NCBI GenBank assembly: GCA_965207735.1
Contig: OZ242296.1
Coordinates: 4,608,001 to 4,672,000, forward strand
Direction: 5' to 3'
Source of the DNA: Candidatus Versatilivorator sp.
Lineage (GTDB): Bacteria > Acidobacteriota > Terriglobia > Versatilivoradales > Versatilivoraceae
Length of the DNA: 64,000 nucleotides
The first letter of the stretch is position 1, and the number at the start of each line of letters is the position of its first letter. This document shows positions 27,694 through 37,987 of the stretch, piece by piece. Position numbers and translations under genes: made by a program. Under the pieces are notes generated by a model that was given only the letters and a program-made list of their open reading frames with translations, did not search any database and was not told where the DNA came from.

Positions 27694-29718
27694 ATGCATG
27701 ACAACAATACCAGGATCGGCAGACGCATCGACCCGCTCAAGACCGCACTCACAGCCTTGCTTCTCTGCACGCTGCAAGCCGTCTCCTATCCGGCGGTCCG
27801 GGCGCTGGACTTTCAGCTTCGCTCGCCCAACGGCAAGGTCACCGTCGCGGTCGGTCTGAAGGAATTGCGGACCCCTTATCCCAAGGGTGTGCGCCCCTAC
27901 TATCGAATTGGCTTCAATGGGGAGACGGTGGTACGGGACTCCTGGCTGGGGCTGGATCTCAAGGGCGGCCTGCCGCTTGGGCGGGATTTCGTCCTGCTGG
28001 GCTGGGACGCCACTACCGGGGATCAGCGCTACCGGCTTCCCTACGGAACTCGGGGAGAGCTTCGGGATGCGTACAGCCAGGGTGTCCTTCGCCTTCGCGA
28101 AAGCGGGTCTTCCGGGCGCCGGCTAAACCTGATTTTTCGCGCCTACGACGAGGGAGCCGCCTTTCGCTACCGCGTTCCTCCCCAGCCCGGCCTGCCGGAG
28201 GTGGACCTGGTCGAGGAGCACTCCACCTTTTTTTTCCCGGAGGGCACCCGGGCCTGGGTGCTGCAACTTCGAGGCTACGCCACCAACTACGAGTCGGAGT
28301 TCAATCCCCAGCCGTTGTGGTACCTGCAGCCCGGCGCCATCGTCGGCCTGCCGCTGCTGCTGCAGACCCTCGGGGGTTCCTGGCTGGCCGTCACCGAGGC
28401 CAACCTCACCGACTACGCCGGCATGTACCTGACCCCCGTTTCGGGCATTCCGGAAACGCTGGAAAGCCGCCTCTCGCCCCATCCGCGGCGGGCGGGAGTA
28501 AGGGTTAGGACAGCGGGGTCCCTGCAGTCGCCCTGGCGCGTCTTCCTTTTGGGTAGGACTCCGGGGAAACTGATCGAGAACAATGTCTTGCTGCTGCATC
28601 TGAACGAGCCGACCCGGATTGCCGATACCTCCTGGATCCGTCCGGGAAAGGCCGCCTGGCACTGGTGGAACGGCACCAGCGCCAAAGGGGTGGGGTTCGA
28701 GCCGGGGATGAATACCGCGACCATGAAGCACTACCTGGACTTCGCCGCCGACCACGGCCTGGAGTATCTGCAGATCGATGCCGGCTGGCATCAGGGCACC
28801 GAGGAGGAAGGGGACATCACCCGAAGCCGGCCCGAGATCGATCTCCCTCACCTGATCGGGTACGCGCGGGAGAGAAAGGTGGGCATCCTGCTGTGGCTGC
28901 ACTGGAAGAGAGCCCGGGCGCAGATGGAAGAGGCCTTCAGTCTCTATGAGGACTGGGGGGTTGCCGGCGTCAAGATCGATTTCATGGACCGCGACGACCA
29001 GGAGATGGTCGGTTTTTACCACCAAGTGGCCCGACGCGCTGCAAGCCACCGCCTGTTGGTCAACTTCCACGGAGCCTACAAGCCCGACGGCCTGCGCCGC
29101 ACCTGGCCCAATATCATTACCCGCGAAGCCGTTCTGGGCCTGGAGTGGAACCGGCTGGGCACCCGCTGCAGCCCCACCCACGACCTGACTCTCCCCTTCA
29201 CCCGCATGCTGGCCGGACCCATGGACTACACGCCCGGAGCTTTCCGAACCGCGCTCCGGAAAGACTTCCAGCCCCGGGCGCGGGAACCCCTGGCCCAGGG
29301 GACCCGCTGTCATCAACTGGCCATGTACGTGGTCTACGAGAGTCCCCTGCAGATGCTGGTGGACTATCCCGCCGCCTATCGGGGGCAGCCGGGCATCGAG
29401 TTCCTCGCCAGGGTTCCCACCACCTGGGAGGCGACTCGAGTCCTGCAGGGCCGGGTGGGAGAGTTCATCAGCGTGGCCCGCAGGAGCGGTACGGAATGGT
29501 ACGTGGGAAGCATGACCAACTGGGAGGGGCGGGAGCTGAGCATTCCCCTGGGGTTCCTGGGGTCGGGCTCATACCGGGCCGAGGTCTATGCCGATGTCGA
29601 GGGGGATCCGACCGGAGTCCGCCGGCAACAGCTCAGAGTCCGCTCCCTCGACGTGGTGACGGCCCGGCTGGCGCCTGGCGGGGGCCACGTGATGCGGATC
29701 TATCCGGAGAAGCCTTGA
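27694..29718 (+). CDS. Glycoside hydrolase family 97 (alpha-glucosidase/galactosidase)
   Basis: RAYDEGAAFRY, DTSWIRPGK, IDAGW, GVKIDF.DRDDQ, NFHG, PFTRMLAGPMDYTPG; signal peptide. Confidence 0.92.
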   Translation: MHDNNTRIGRRIDPLKTALTALLLCTLQAVSYPAVRALDFQLRSPNGKVTVAVGLKELRTPYPKGVRPYYRIGFNGETVVRDSWLGLDLKGGLPLGRDFVLLGWDATTGDQRYRLPYGTRGELRDAYSQGVLRLRESGSSGRRLNLIFRAYDEGAAFRYRVPPQPGLPEVDLVEEHSTFFFPEGTRAWVLQLRGYATNYESEFNPQPLWYLQPGAIVGLPLLLQTLGGSWLAVTEANLTDYAGMYLTPVSGIPETLESRLSPHPRRAGVRVRTAGSLQSPWRVFLLGRTPGKLIENNVLLLHLNEPTRIADTSWIRPGKAAWHWWNGTSAKGVGFEPGMNTATMKHYLDFAADHGLEYLQIDAGWHQGTEEEGDITRSRPEIDLPHLIGYARERKVGILLWLHWKRARAQMEEAFSLYEDWGVAGVKIDFMDRDDQEMVGFYHQVARRAASHRLLVNFHGAYKPDGLRRTWPNIITREAVLGLEWNRLGTRCSPTHDLTLPFTRMLAGPMDYTPGAFRTALRKDFQPRAREPLAQGTRCHQLAMYVVYESPLQMLVDYPAAYRGQPGIEFLARVPTTWEATRVLQGRVGEFISVARRSGTEWYVGSMTNWEGRELSIPLGFLGSGSYRAEVYADVEGDPTGVRRQQLRVRSLDVVTARLAPGGGHVMRIYPEKP

Positions 29719-29785
29719 CCCGGCTTCCGGCGCTCCAATCACTCCTCACCTTGAGGGGAACGCCTTTCCACAGTGCGCCATAGAC

Positions 29786-29814
29786 TTGTCGTGCACCGGG
29801 AAAGGCACTATATT
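29786..29814 (+). promoter_or_regulatory. Putative sigma70 promoter for tRNA-Arg
   Basis: TTGTCG-17 nt-TATATT, 11 nt upstream of the tRNA. Confidence 0.5.
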
Positions 29815-29825
29815 CTTCAGGAAAA

Positions 29826-29902
<77 letters not shown>

Positions 29903-30057
29903 TTCCCCGCCGGGCGGACGGAATTCAGTCTCTGCACTGGCTTGCAGCCGGCTCACATCCAGGCCTTCCTGCTTCTTTAGGTTTCTCTTCGTGCCCCTTC
30001 GTGGATAGTTCAGTGAGCTGAGGTCCGATACTTCCCGGATTTCTTTGGAATTGTGCT

Positions 30058-31335
30058 TCAGAACCGGTCGGCGCGATAGGCTTCGAACTGGCTGTCCTCC
30101 GCCCGCTCGGCCACCAGGTCGGCAATGATCTTGCCCGAGGTGGCGGCGCCGGTGAGTCCGAGGTGCCCGTGGCCGAAGGCGAAATAGACCGAGCGGTGAA
30201 TCGGTGATCGGCCCAGCACCGGCAGGGAATCGGGCATGGAGGGACGGCAGCCCATCCAGGGGACGGCCCCCCGACCGTTCAGTGAGGGCAGTGCCTGGTG
30301 AGCAGCCTGGAACAGCGCGTGGGCTCGGGCGAAGTTCGGCTTGGCGTGGACGCTGGCCAGCTCGACCGTGCCGGCCAGGCGCAGTCCCCCTTCCATCGGC
30401 GTCAGGCCGAAGTATCGGTCCCCGTGGACCACGGTCCTCTGCAGCTTGATCCCGGCCTGGGGCAGCATGAGGTGGTAGCCGCGCTCGGCCTCCAGCGGCA
30501 GCCGGCTGCCCAGCTTGGCCGCCAGGGGGCGCGAGTAGGCCCCGGCCGCCACCACCACTTGATCCGCGGGGTGGCGGGCGGCATCGGTGACCACCGACCA
30601 GGCGCCGTCACCACCCATTCGAAAGTCGGTGACCCCTTCCCGCAAGATGACCCCGCCGCGGCGCACGAAATCCTCGGCCAGCAACCGGGTCAGTCCCAGC
30701 GGGTTGGTGGTATGGCCCGACTCGGGGTAAAAGGCGCCCTGCCGGCATCGGTCCGCCAGCGCCGGCTCCAGTTCCCGGATACCATTTTGATCCAGCATCT
30801 CCACCTGGACGCCGCAGCGGCGCAGCAGGTCGAACTTGACTTGCGCCTTGGCGAAGACCCGCTCCGACTGGTAGACGTCCAGCCTGCCGTTGCGCCGGAT
30901 CAGATGCTCGGCGCCGGCCTGCTCCAGGAGCGGGTCAAAGGCGGTCAGGGCATCCTTGTTGAGCCGGTAGAGGGCACTGGCGATCTCGTCGACGCGCCTG
31001 GGGGAGCTTGCAGCCACGAAGCGCAGCAGCCAGGGGAGCAGACTCGGCAGGTAGGGCCAGCGAATGGTCAAGGGTCCCAGGGGATCCAGGACCATGGCCG
31101 GCACGTCCTTGGCGATTCCCGGAAGGCCCAGGGGCACGCAGTAGCCGGTCACGAATTGTCCCGCGTTGCCGCTGCTGCAGGCCTCGCCGGGTCCGCCCGG
31201 ATCCATGACAGTGACGCGATGTCCGTCCCGCTGCAGGTACAGTGCGCAACAGACGCCCACAATGCCGCCACCCACAACGGCGATCCGGCATCGGCTGTCG
31301 TTGGGCGAAGAATCAGTCGCCATTGCGTATTTCAA
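30058..31335 (-). CDS. FAD-dependent D-amino acid dehydrogenase (DadA-like)
   Basis: VVGGGIVG, CSSGNAG, ERGYH, WMGCRPSMPDSLPVLG, FGHGHLGLT. Confidence 0.88.
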   Translation of the reverse strand: MKYAMATDSSPNDSRCRIAVVGGGIVGVCCALYLQRDGHRVTVMDPGGPGEACSSGNAGQFVTGYCVPLGLPGIAKDVPAMVLDPLGPLTIRWPYLPSLLPWLLRFVAASSPRRVDEIASALYRLNKDALTAFDPLLEQAGAEHLIRRNGRLDVYQSERVFAKAQVKFDLLRRCGVQVEMLDQNGIRELEPALADRCRQGAFYPESGHTTNPLGLTRLLAEDFVRRGGVILREGVTDFRMGGDGAWSVVTDAARHPADQVVVAAGAYSRPLAAKLGSRLPLEAERGYHLMLPQAGIKLQRTVVHGDRYFGLTPMEGGLRLAGTVELASVHAKPNFARAHALFQAAHQALPSLNGRGAVPWMGCRPSMPDSLPVLGRSPIHRSVYFAFGHGHLGLTGAATSGKIIADLVAERAEDSQFEAYRADRF

Positions 31336-32815
31336 TGAAAATCGGATTGGAGTAGAACCAGAGGTCCTTCCAGGGGTCCTCCCCGCGAGGATCAGGCTCC
31401 GGTTCCGGCTCCCCGGTGTTGGTGCCCCGAACCCGGAGGTAACAGTTGCCGTCGATGCCTTCGAGGATATGGCTCATGGTCCGGTACTCTCCCTGGCGGG
31501 ACCAGTCGTCCGGCCCGAAGCGCCGAACCACCCGGGTGGTGGGGTTACGGTCCTGGGCGGGGTCGGGCAGCGGACCGGTCTGGCTGCCGACGATCAGGTC
31601 CACCCGGGCGACCTCCGGGTTGTCCCCGTGCCAGTTGGGGGTCTCGGGATCTCTCAACCGGATGGTGACCTCGACGGAAGCTCCGGCGGCAGTCTCAAGG
31701 GTGTCTCCGATTTCCGCACTCTGATCCTCTGAACGCGCCGTCACGAAGAGCTCGGAGAGCAGATCCCCCGTGGTCACGAAGATACGACCCCGGCGGAGGC
31801 CTTCCAGGATTCCCGGGTGCGACTTCTCGGCGAAGACATAGGTCTTGGAGTATTCACCGGGCCAGAAATCACTGCCACCCTCGGTGTAGTGCACGTGGGA
31901 ATCGGAGTTGGCGGTGATCCACCACCGGCGCCCCTCCCCCAGCATCGAGTCCCACAGTCCGCCCAGCCGAGCGGTCATGGGATCGAATCCTCCCCGGGTC
32001 GGATAGCGGCCATAGGACCCACGGGGACTCTCCGGGTTGAGGGTGCCGTCGGGGTTGAGCGTCCTTGCCTGGTGCCCGGGTGCTCCCGCCATGCCCACCG
32101 CCACCTCGGGAGCCGTATCGTTCCACCGCCGCAGCTCGGCCGGGTCGTAGGCCCCGTATTCACCAGTCTCCGAGGCCGAACGCGAGGGATGGTTGGCGAT
32201 CAGGACCGGTTTGCGCTCCAAGCCGTTCATCAATTGAATGGCTTCGATCATCCGGGGTTCGGTATCCCGAGTTTTGTCGAAGGGATGGGCCTCGTGGCGG
32301 TCGAATCCCGACTCCAGCTCGTACAACCGCTGGGCCTCGTCCGGGCCGTGGGGAATGATGAGGCTGCTGTGGTCGGCGCCCGGCGAGTTGAATTCCATGC
32401 CGTAGAACTGGATCACCTCGGGGACCAGTTCCCGCGAGAGCACCAGCTCGGGATAGGCCCGCTCCAGGTTGACCTTGCTGTGGTTGGGGCCGCCGTGGTC
32501 GGTGGCTACCGTCCAGGACAGTCCGAAGCGCCTGCCCATGAGCGCATTCATGGGGATGGGGTAGATGGCGTCGCCCCCGATGATCGGAGTGGGTGGGTCA
32601 TTGTCCCGGTTCCAACCCACGCTGAAACGGCTGTGGATGTGGTGGTCTCCCGCCAGCCAGCGGGCCTCGCCGGCGGAGTCCCCCGGGCCGCCCGTCACAC
32701 AACCCAGATAGAGGAGCACCAGAGCGGTCCCGGCCAGCCACAGCCGAACCGATGTTTTTCGTGTCAATCCAGCAAGCAGCTTTACCATTGCGGACAACTC
32801 CTTTCCCATTGACAA
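31313..32815 (-). CDS. PHP-domain metallophosphoesterase, exported
   Basis: GDHHIHS, ATDHG, NHP, ANSDSH motifs; N-terminal signal/lipobox. Start uncertain. Confidence 0.8.
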   Translation of the reverse strand: MSMGKELSAMVKLLAGLTRKTSVRLWLAGTALVLLYLGCVTGGPGDSAGEARWLAGDHHIHSRFSVGWNRDNDPPTPIIGGDAIYPIPMNALMGRRFGLSWTVATDHGGPNHSKVNLERAYPELVLSRELVPEVIQFYGMEFNSPGADHSSLIIPHGPDEAQRLYELESGFDRHEAHPFDKTRDTEPRMIEAIQLMNGLERKPVLIANHPSRSASETGEYGAYDPAELRRWNDTAPEVAVGMAGAPGHQARTLNPDGTLNPESPRGSYGRYPTRGGFDPMTARLGGLWDSMLGEGRRWWITANSDSHVHYTEGGSDFWPGEYSKTYVFAEKSHPGILEGLRRGRIFVTTGDLLSELFVTARSEDQSAEIGDTLETAAGASVEVTIRLRDPETPNWHGDNPEVARVDLIVGSQTGPLPDPAQDRNPTTRVVRRFGPDDWSRQGEYRTMSHILEGIDGNCYLRVRGTNTGEPEPEPDPRGEDPWKDLWFYSNPIFIEIRNGD

Positions 32816-32929
32816 GACGCAGGTCCTCCATCTCCGGCTACCCGGTGAACAAAGGGATGCTGTAGCGCCGTTGGTGGAAATCTTTCCCCCTGTCCAACCT
32901 TTGACGGATCCCTCTCGAGTTTTCTCCTA

Positions 32930-33074
32930 CCCTTTCGTGACCGTGGTACCCCGTCGCGGCCAACCTCAGCGCCTTAGTGCCCCTTCGTCGTTCTTAGTGC
33001 CCCTTCGTGGATAAGTCTTTTTCTTTTGTCTTTTTTCGTTTGTTTCAGACAAGGGTTGTTTCAGACAAGGCAAG
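32930..33074. repeat. Repeat family A copy
   Basis: Near-identical to 18290-18409. Confidence 0.85.
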
Positions 33075-33086
33075 ACATGCGGACCT

Positions 33087-34148
33087 TCACCCATGTTTTT
33101 CCCGCAGCACCCGGGCCGCCTGGCACATCGCCTTGAGTTTCCCATAGGCCTCGTCCAGATCCATCGGGTTCTGGGCCGAGGGCGCGAACCCGCAGTCCGG
33201 GTGCAGGGTGATACGGCTCTTGTCCAGGTGGCGCATGGCTTCCTCCACCCGCCTAACCACCTCTTCCACGCTCTCCACTCTGGGTTCGCAGTGGTCGATA
33301 CAACCCAGGCCCAGCCGCACCTTGTCCGGGAACTGCGCCAGCGAATCCAATCCCCCGGCCACCGGGGTGGCAAATTCCATGGAAATGGTCCCCACCCGAA
33401 CCTTTTGCAGGGCCGGCATGATGAGCCCGTAGGGACCCTCGCTGCCGTGTTGGCGGTCGAAATGGGCGTGGCAGAGGTGCATTCCCGTGGTCAGGCCCTG
33501 GAAGCCGTCCAATACTTGGTTGACCAGGTCCACGCACCGGTCCATTTCGTAGGAGGGATTGTCGATCCCCTCCCGCTTGCGGAAGGTCGGATCCACCATG
33601 GTGGAAAGCCAGGGCTCGTCCAACTGGACGGTATCGGCCCCGGCCTCGCGGAGGGCTTCGATTTCCCGGCGCAGGATCGGGACACAGGCTTCCATCAATC
33701 CTTCCCGAGTGGGGTAGGCCTTACGGGAGTGGTCGGGGTGCCACATGCGCCGTCCGATGATGTAGGGCGCCGGCAGCGTGATCTTGACTCGCCGCCGGGT
33801 GCGGGCCCGCAGAAAGCGCAGCTCGTGCAGCACCAGGGGGCGATAGTACTCGACGGGAGCGACCACGGCCGGATAGGGCATTCCGCTGTCGTGAAGGTCG
33901 GCCTTGAAGCCTCGTACCCGTTCGGCAAATACCTTGACGTAGCTCTCCCGGCGCCACTCGCCGTCGGTGATCTCTTCCAGCCCGGCCCGTTCCTGCAGGG
34001 CGATGGAGGACTCGATGGCCCGGTCCAGCAGCGGCTCGGCCTCTGCCTCCGAAATGCGGTCGGCCTTGCGGTCCAGGACCAGGTCGAGCACCCAGGCCGG
34101 ACGGGGCAGGCTGCCAATCACGGTGGTGGGGAACAGTGTCGATTCCAT
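33087..34148 (-). CDS. Cobalamin-independent methionine synthase II-like (MetE C-terminal-only) protein
   Basis: TTVIGSLPRP, TDGEWRRESY, QLDEP, HLC and PDCGF zinc ligands. Confidence 0.85.
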   Translation of the reverse strand: MESTLFPTTVIGSLPRPAWVLDLVLDRKADRISEAEAEPLLDRAIESSIALQERAGLEEITDGEWRRESYVKVFAERVRGFKADLHDSGMPYPAVVAPVEYYRPLVLHELRFLRARTRRRVKITLPAPYIIGRRMWHPDHSRKAYPTREGLMEACVPILRREIEALREAGADTVQLDEPWLSTMVDPTFRKREGIDNPSYEMDRCVDLVNQVLDGFQGLTTGMHLCHAHFDRQHGSEGPYGLIMPALQKVRVGTISMEFATPVAGGLDSLAQFPDKVRLGLGCIDHCEPRVESVEEVVRRVEEAMRHLDKSRITLHPDCGFAPSAQNPMDLDEAYGKLKAMCQAARVLREKHG

Positions 34149-34290
34149 GGAAGGGTCCTCGGGGCAGACTGGGAAGGGTATTGGCTGGTATGGTTCCCTT
34201 CGGGGTCGTCAAAGAAACTCTCGGCTGAGGGTCCGATTATACGCCGGGCTGATCGACTGATCCAGATTCGGTTGAATGGGACGGGGCGTT

Positions 34291-34750
34291 TGCCCCCCTC
34301 CGGCTCGACCGTGGGCGGCCCCCTCGCGACGCCGAGTATGCCCCCCTCCGGCTCGACTGCGGGCTGCGCACCTTCGGGACGCCGAGTTTGCCCCCCTCCG
34401 GCTCGACAGCGGGCTCCGCCCTCTCGCCGACTCCCCCTCAAGGGGGGAGTGATACTTGAAGCCTGTAGAGGGCTTATTGCCTGATTGCTGGGCAGGATGT
34501 AAACCATGTTCCCGGTCTACCGCATAAACTCCGTTCCCACTTCATAACACGGATATCACTCCCCCCTTGAGGGGGAGTCGCAGAAGTCGAGCCGAATGGC
34601 GAAGGCTGATGCGGTGGGGGGTTCGCACAAGGCGAGCCAAAGGCGAGATCTTGTGCGCCGTAGCGGTAACCGCCGGCGTGCGTCGGTTGCGGTGGGGGAG
34701 TCGCAGAAGCCGAGCCGAATGGCGAAGGCTGATGCGGAGGGGGGCCAATG
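34291..34750. repeat. Repeat cluster: three 19-bp repeats at 48/50-bp period plus inverted and direct family B copies
   Basis: TGCCCCCCTCCGGCTCGAC at 34291, 34339 and 34389; family B arms at 34429-34454 and 34554-34750. Confidence 0.75.
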
Positions 34751-34977
34751 CCTGACCCCGAGTCTACAGCACATCGATACAGGCGGAGCGGCTGCTGCCT
34801 TGAGGGGGAGTTACAGAAGCCGAACTGGAAGCTGCCTTCGGAATTCCCGTGCTAGAATTCCGAAGGATGTGGCGGTCCCACCCGTCATGACAAGGCCTGT
34901 CGGCAGAGCCGCAGTTTCCAAGCGGGGTTCAAGCCAGGGTGCTTGTGTGGGACCCATCCGATTGGAGAGACCCGCCC

Positions 34978-36189
34978 ATGGCCGAGTTCGACCACCTCCT
35001 CACTTCCCGCGAATACGCGCAGAGTCCCTATCCCACTTACCACCTGCTGCGCCGCGAGGCTCCCATATACTGGAGCGATCTCTGGGGTTGTTGGATCCTC
35101 ACCCGCTATCGGGAAATTGTCAGCACCCTCCAAAATCCCAGGCGCTTCACCAGCGTCGGCAGGCTTACCGCCACCATGGAGCTCCCGCAAGCCGTTCGGG
35201 AACAGGTCCAGCCCCTGGTGCGCCACTATTCCCAGGGTCTCATCAATGTGGACCCACCGGATCACACCCGTCTGCGCAAACTGGTGCACAAGGCCTTCCT
35301 GCCCGGCACCATCGGCGCCATGGCCGGTTACGTGGAGGAGATTGTCGAGGGGCTGATCGACGAGGTGCGGCATCGGGGCAGGATGGACATCATCTGGGAC
35401 TTCTCCTACCCCTTGCCGGTCACGGTCATTGCCAGGCTGTTGGGAGTCCCGGCGGCTGACCACGGCAAGCTCAAGCGCTGGTCGGGGAAGATTATCGAGT
35501 TCATGGCCACCCCCAAGCCCGTGCCCGAAGTGCTCTTGTCATCCCAGGAGGCTCTGTTGGCTCTGCAGGACTACTTTCGTTCGACCTTCAGGCGGCGGCG
35601 ATTGGAGCCGGGCGAAGATCTCATCAGCGCCCTGGTGGCTGCCGAAGAGGAAGGGGAACGACTGACCGAAGAGGAACTCATTTCGACCTGCGTGACCTTG
35701 CTGATCGGCGGGCACGAGACCACCACCTACCTGATCTCCAGCGGCGTGCTGGCCCTGATCCAGCACCCGGAACAGATGCGGAAGCTGAGAGCCGAACCGG
35801 ACAAGGCCGGGACGGCGGTGGAAGAGATGCTGCGCTACGAGGGACCGTTCCAGCGCAACCGCCGCCTCGCCACCGAGGCGGTGGAGTTGGACGGCCATCT
35901 CGTTCAGAAGGGTCAACTGGTGGTGCAGATGCTGGGTGCGGCCAACCGGGACCCGGCCGTATTCCCCAACCCGGACTCATTCGATATCGAGCGGCACCCC
36001 AATAGACATGTCTCCTTCGGTCAGGGTCCTCACTTCTGTGTGGGAGCACCGCTGGCGCGTCTGGAAGCTCCCATCGCCATCAACGCGCTGCTGCGGCGTT
36101 TGCCCAACCTTGAGCTGGCCACGGATGAGCTGGTCTGGAAAAATACGGTCTTTCGCGGCCTGGAGCGGCTCCCGGTGACCTTTGGGTGA
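34978..36189 (+). CDS. Cytochrome P450
   Basis: DPPDHTRLR, GGHETT, EEMLR (ExxR), FGQGPHFCVG heme Cys. Confidence 0.95.
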   Translation: MAEFDHLLTSREYAQSPYPTYHLLRREAPIYWSDLWGCWILTRYREIVSTLQNPRRFTSVGRLTATMELPQAVREQVQPLVRHYSQGLINVDPPDHTRLRKLVHKAFLPGTIGAMAGYVEEIVEGLIDEVRHRGRMDIIWDFSYPLPVTVIARLLGVPAADHGKLKRWSGKIIEFMATPKPVPEVLLSSQEALLALQDYFRSTFRRRRLEPGEDLISALVAAEEEGERLTEEELISTCVTLLIGGHETTTYLISSGVLALIQHPEQMRKLRAEPDKAGTAVEEMLRYEGPFQRNRRLATEAVELDGHLVQKGQLVVQMLGAANRDPAVFPNPDSFDIERHPNRHVSFGQGPHFCVGAPLARLEAPIAINALLRRLPNLELATDELVWKNTVFRGLERLPVTFG

Positions 36190-36252
36190 GTGCCGGGCCG
36201 GGCCGGACTCTCTTGCAAAATCGGAAAGCAGGGCCAGGTTCACGGAATCCCT

Positions 36253-36657
36253 CTACCGGAAAGCCATCCGGTTCCAGCCCTGATCCTCCTGCTTGCTGGG
36301 CCCCGGGGGCGGCGGAGCGAAGGCGTAGAAGTAGCAGAGGTCTTCGTGGCCGTCGTTGAAGGACTGGTGCTCGACTCCCGCCGGAATGTAGACGGTCATG
36401 CCCTTCTCGACCCTGAAATCCTGACCGTCCATGACCAGTCTCCCCCGGCCGCTCACCACGTAGTAGATTTCGGCCGACTCGGGGTGGATGTCGGCCTGGG
36501 TCTCATGCCCCGGGTGCAGCCAGAAGAATCCGGCCGCGATGTCGCCGGCGCCGCAGGTTTCGGGGCTCACCAGCAGATTGACCCGGCGGGACCCATCGGG
36601 AGCCTGCCAGACAGGGAAGTGCTTCGGGTCCAGGACCCATTCCGGATTGTGTGCCAT
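36253..36657 (-). CDS. Cupin-domain protein
   Basis: H..SAEIYYVVSG.G and VYIPAGVEH cupin motifs. Confidence 0.85.
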   Translation of the reverse strand: MAHNPEWVLDPKHFPVWQAPDGSRRVNLLVSPETCGAGDIAAGFFWLHPGHETQADIHPESAEIYYVVSGRGRLVMDGQDFRVEKGMTVYIPAGVEHQSFNDGHEDLCYFYAFAPPPPGPSKQEDQGWNRMAFR

Positions 36658-36751
36658 TGAGAATGCCTTTCTTGTGGAAAGCCGGGGGAAGATTGGGGGA
36701 GGATGGGAGCCGACTGCTCCTTGAACCTTTTCGCCGTCCGCCGGATGGAAG

Positions 36752-37507
36752 TCAAATCAAGAGCGAGCCTCCGTTGACGTGCATGGTCGAACCCGTCACG
36801 TAGCTCGACCGGGGACCGGCCAGGAACAGGACCGCTTCGGCGATTTCCCGAGGCGTTCCCTGGCGCTTCACCAGCGATGCCTCCACGTACCTTTGCAGGT
36901 TCTCCTCACCGAAGGCCTCGGCAAGGGGAGTATCGATGCTTCCCGGCGCAATGGCGTTGGAGAGGATGCCGTCGGAAGCAAACTGCTTGGCCAGGTACTT
37001 GGAGAGCACAATGACGCCCGCCTTGCTCACCCCGTAGCCGACGTGACCGGTGACGCTGCCCACGAAAGCTCCCACCGAGGAGATGTGGACCAGCCGGCCG
37101 AACTTCCGTTTCCTCATATGGGGCAGCACCGCCTTGCTGCAAAGGAAGGCGCTGGTCAGGTTGACCGAGAGCATTCGGTTCCAGCTTTCCAGCGTAGTCC
37201 GGTCCCAGGGAACCATGGGGCAGATGCCGGCGTTGTTGACCAGGATGTCGATTCGCCCGAACCGTTCCGCGGTGGCCTGAACCATGCGGTCCACCTGGTC
37301 CGGCTCGGAAACGTCGGTCTCCGAAACCAGCAGGTCGCAGCCGCAACGCTTCCGCAGCTCTGAAGCCAGGTCTTGCAGGGGGGGCGCCTGGTTGTCGGCC
37401 AGCGTCAGGCCGGCCGCTCCTTCCCGGGCGAAGAGTTCGGCCACGCCGCGGCCGATCCCGGAGGCCGCCCCGGTGACGATGGCCACCCTTCCGTTCAATT
37501 CATTCAT
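36752..37507 (-). CDS. Short-chain dehydrogenase/reductase (FabG-like)
   Basis: TGAASGIG, NNAG, YGVSK, NAIAPG. Start trimmed to MNELNGR. Confidence 0.92.
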   Translation of the reverse strand: MNELNGRVAIVTGAASGIGRGVAELFAREGAAGLTLADNQAPPLQDLASELRKRCGCDLLVSETDVSEPDQVDRMVQATAERFGRIDILVNNAGICPMVPWDRTTLESWNRMLSVNLTSAFLCSKAVLPHMRKRKFGRLVHISSVGAFVGSVTGHVGYGVSKAGVIVLSKYLAKQFASDGILSNAIAPGSIDTPLAEAFGEENLQRYVEASLVKRQGTPREIAEAVLFLAGPRSSYVTGSTMHVNGGSLLI

Positions 37508-37794
37508 GACGGGTAGTTGTTGAACCGGCTTGCGCTCGGGCCGGCAAAGTGGAGGCGCCGTTCCATCGGGCCGTCCCTGCCATGGCGGCGTGAACGGCCG
37601 GCGCGCGCCAGGCATTACCCTTTGCAGCCTTCGAGCAAGACCGGGTTTCGTGGGCTCCGGCCTCCAGGATGCTATCTTAAGTGCCTGGAGTCGAGCGATG
37701 CAACCTCGGTTGAGGACTGTCCCTCCACTTTGTTTCGTCGGCCGGTGCAGCTTGCCGCGCAGCCAGGAGCCCTCTGCTATACTGGCGGACCTAT

Positions 37795-37960
37795 TTGAAA
37801 CAAAAGAAAAAGAGTTATCCACGAAGGGCCACGAAGAACGACGAAGGGCCACTAAGGCGTTGAGGTTAACCACGACGGGTTACCAAGGTGACGAAGGGAT
37901 TATCGATTCCCGATTTTTTTGCTCTCGTATGATCCGCCCGGCAGGGCGAGGGCTGGACTT
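37795..37960. repeat. Repeat family A copy (opposite orientation)
   Basis: GAGTTATCCACGAAGGGCCACGAAGAACGACGAAGGGCCACTAAGGCG...ATGATCCGCCCGGCAGGGCG. Confidence 0.85.
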
Positions 37961-37987
37961 ATTCGGTCCCGGATTTAGAGAAAGACG

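Noticed and set aside
29761-29781. CGCCTTTCCAC-AGTGCGCCAT resembling the intron 5' end in both orientations upstream of tRNA-Arg
   Set aside because: Matches are only about 11 nt with no further intron sequence; probably chance.
34149-34260. SAM or cobalamin riboswitch upstream of the MetE-like gene
   Set aside because: No recognisable conserved riboswitch motifs; only a TATAAT-like -10 box.
34291-34407. CRISPR-like repeat-spacer pattern
   Set aside because: Only three 19-bp repeats, the spacers resemble each other (both end GACGCCGAGT.), and there are no cas genes; it is a degenerate tandem repeat.
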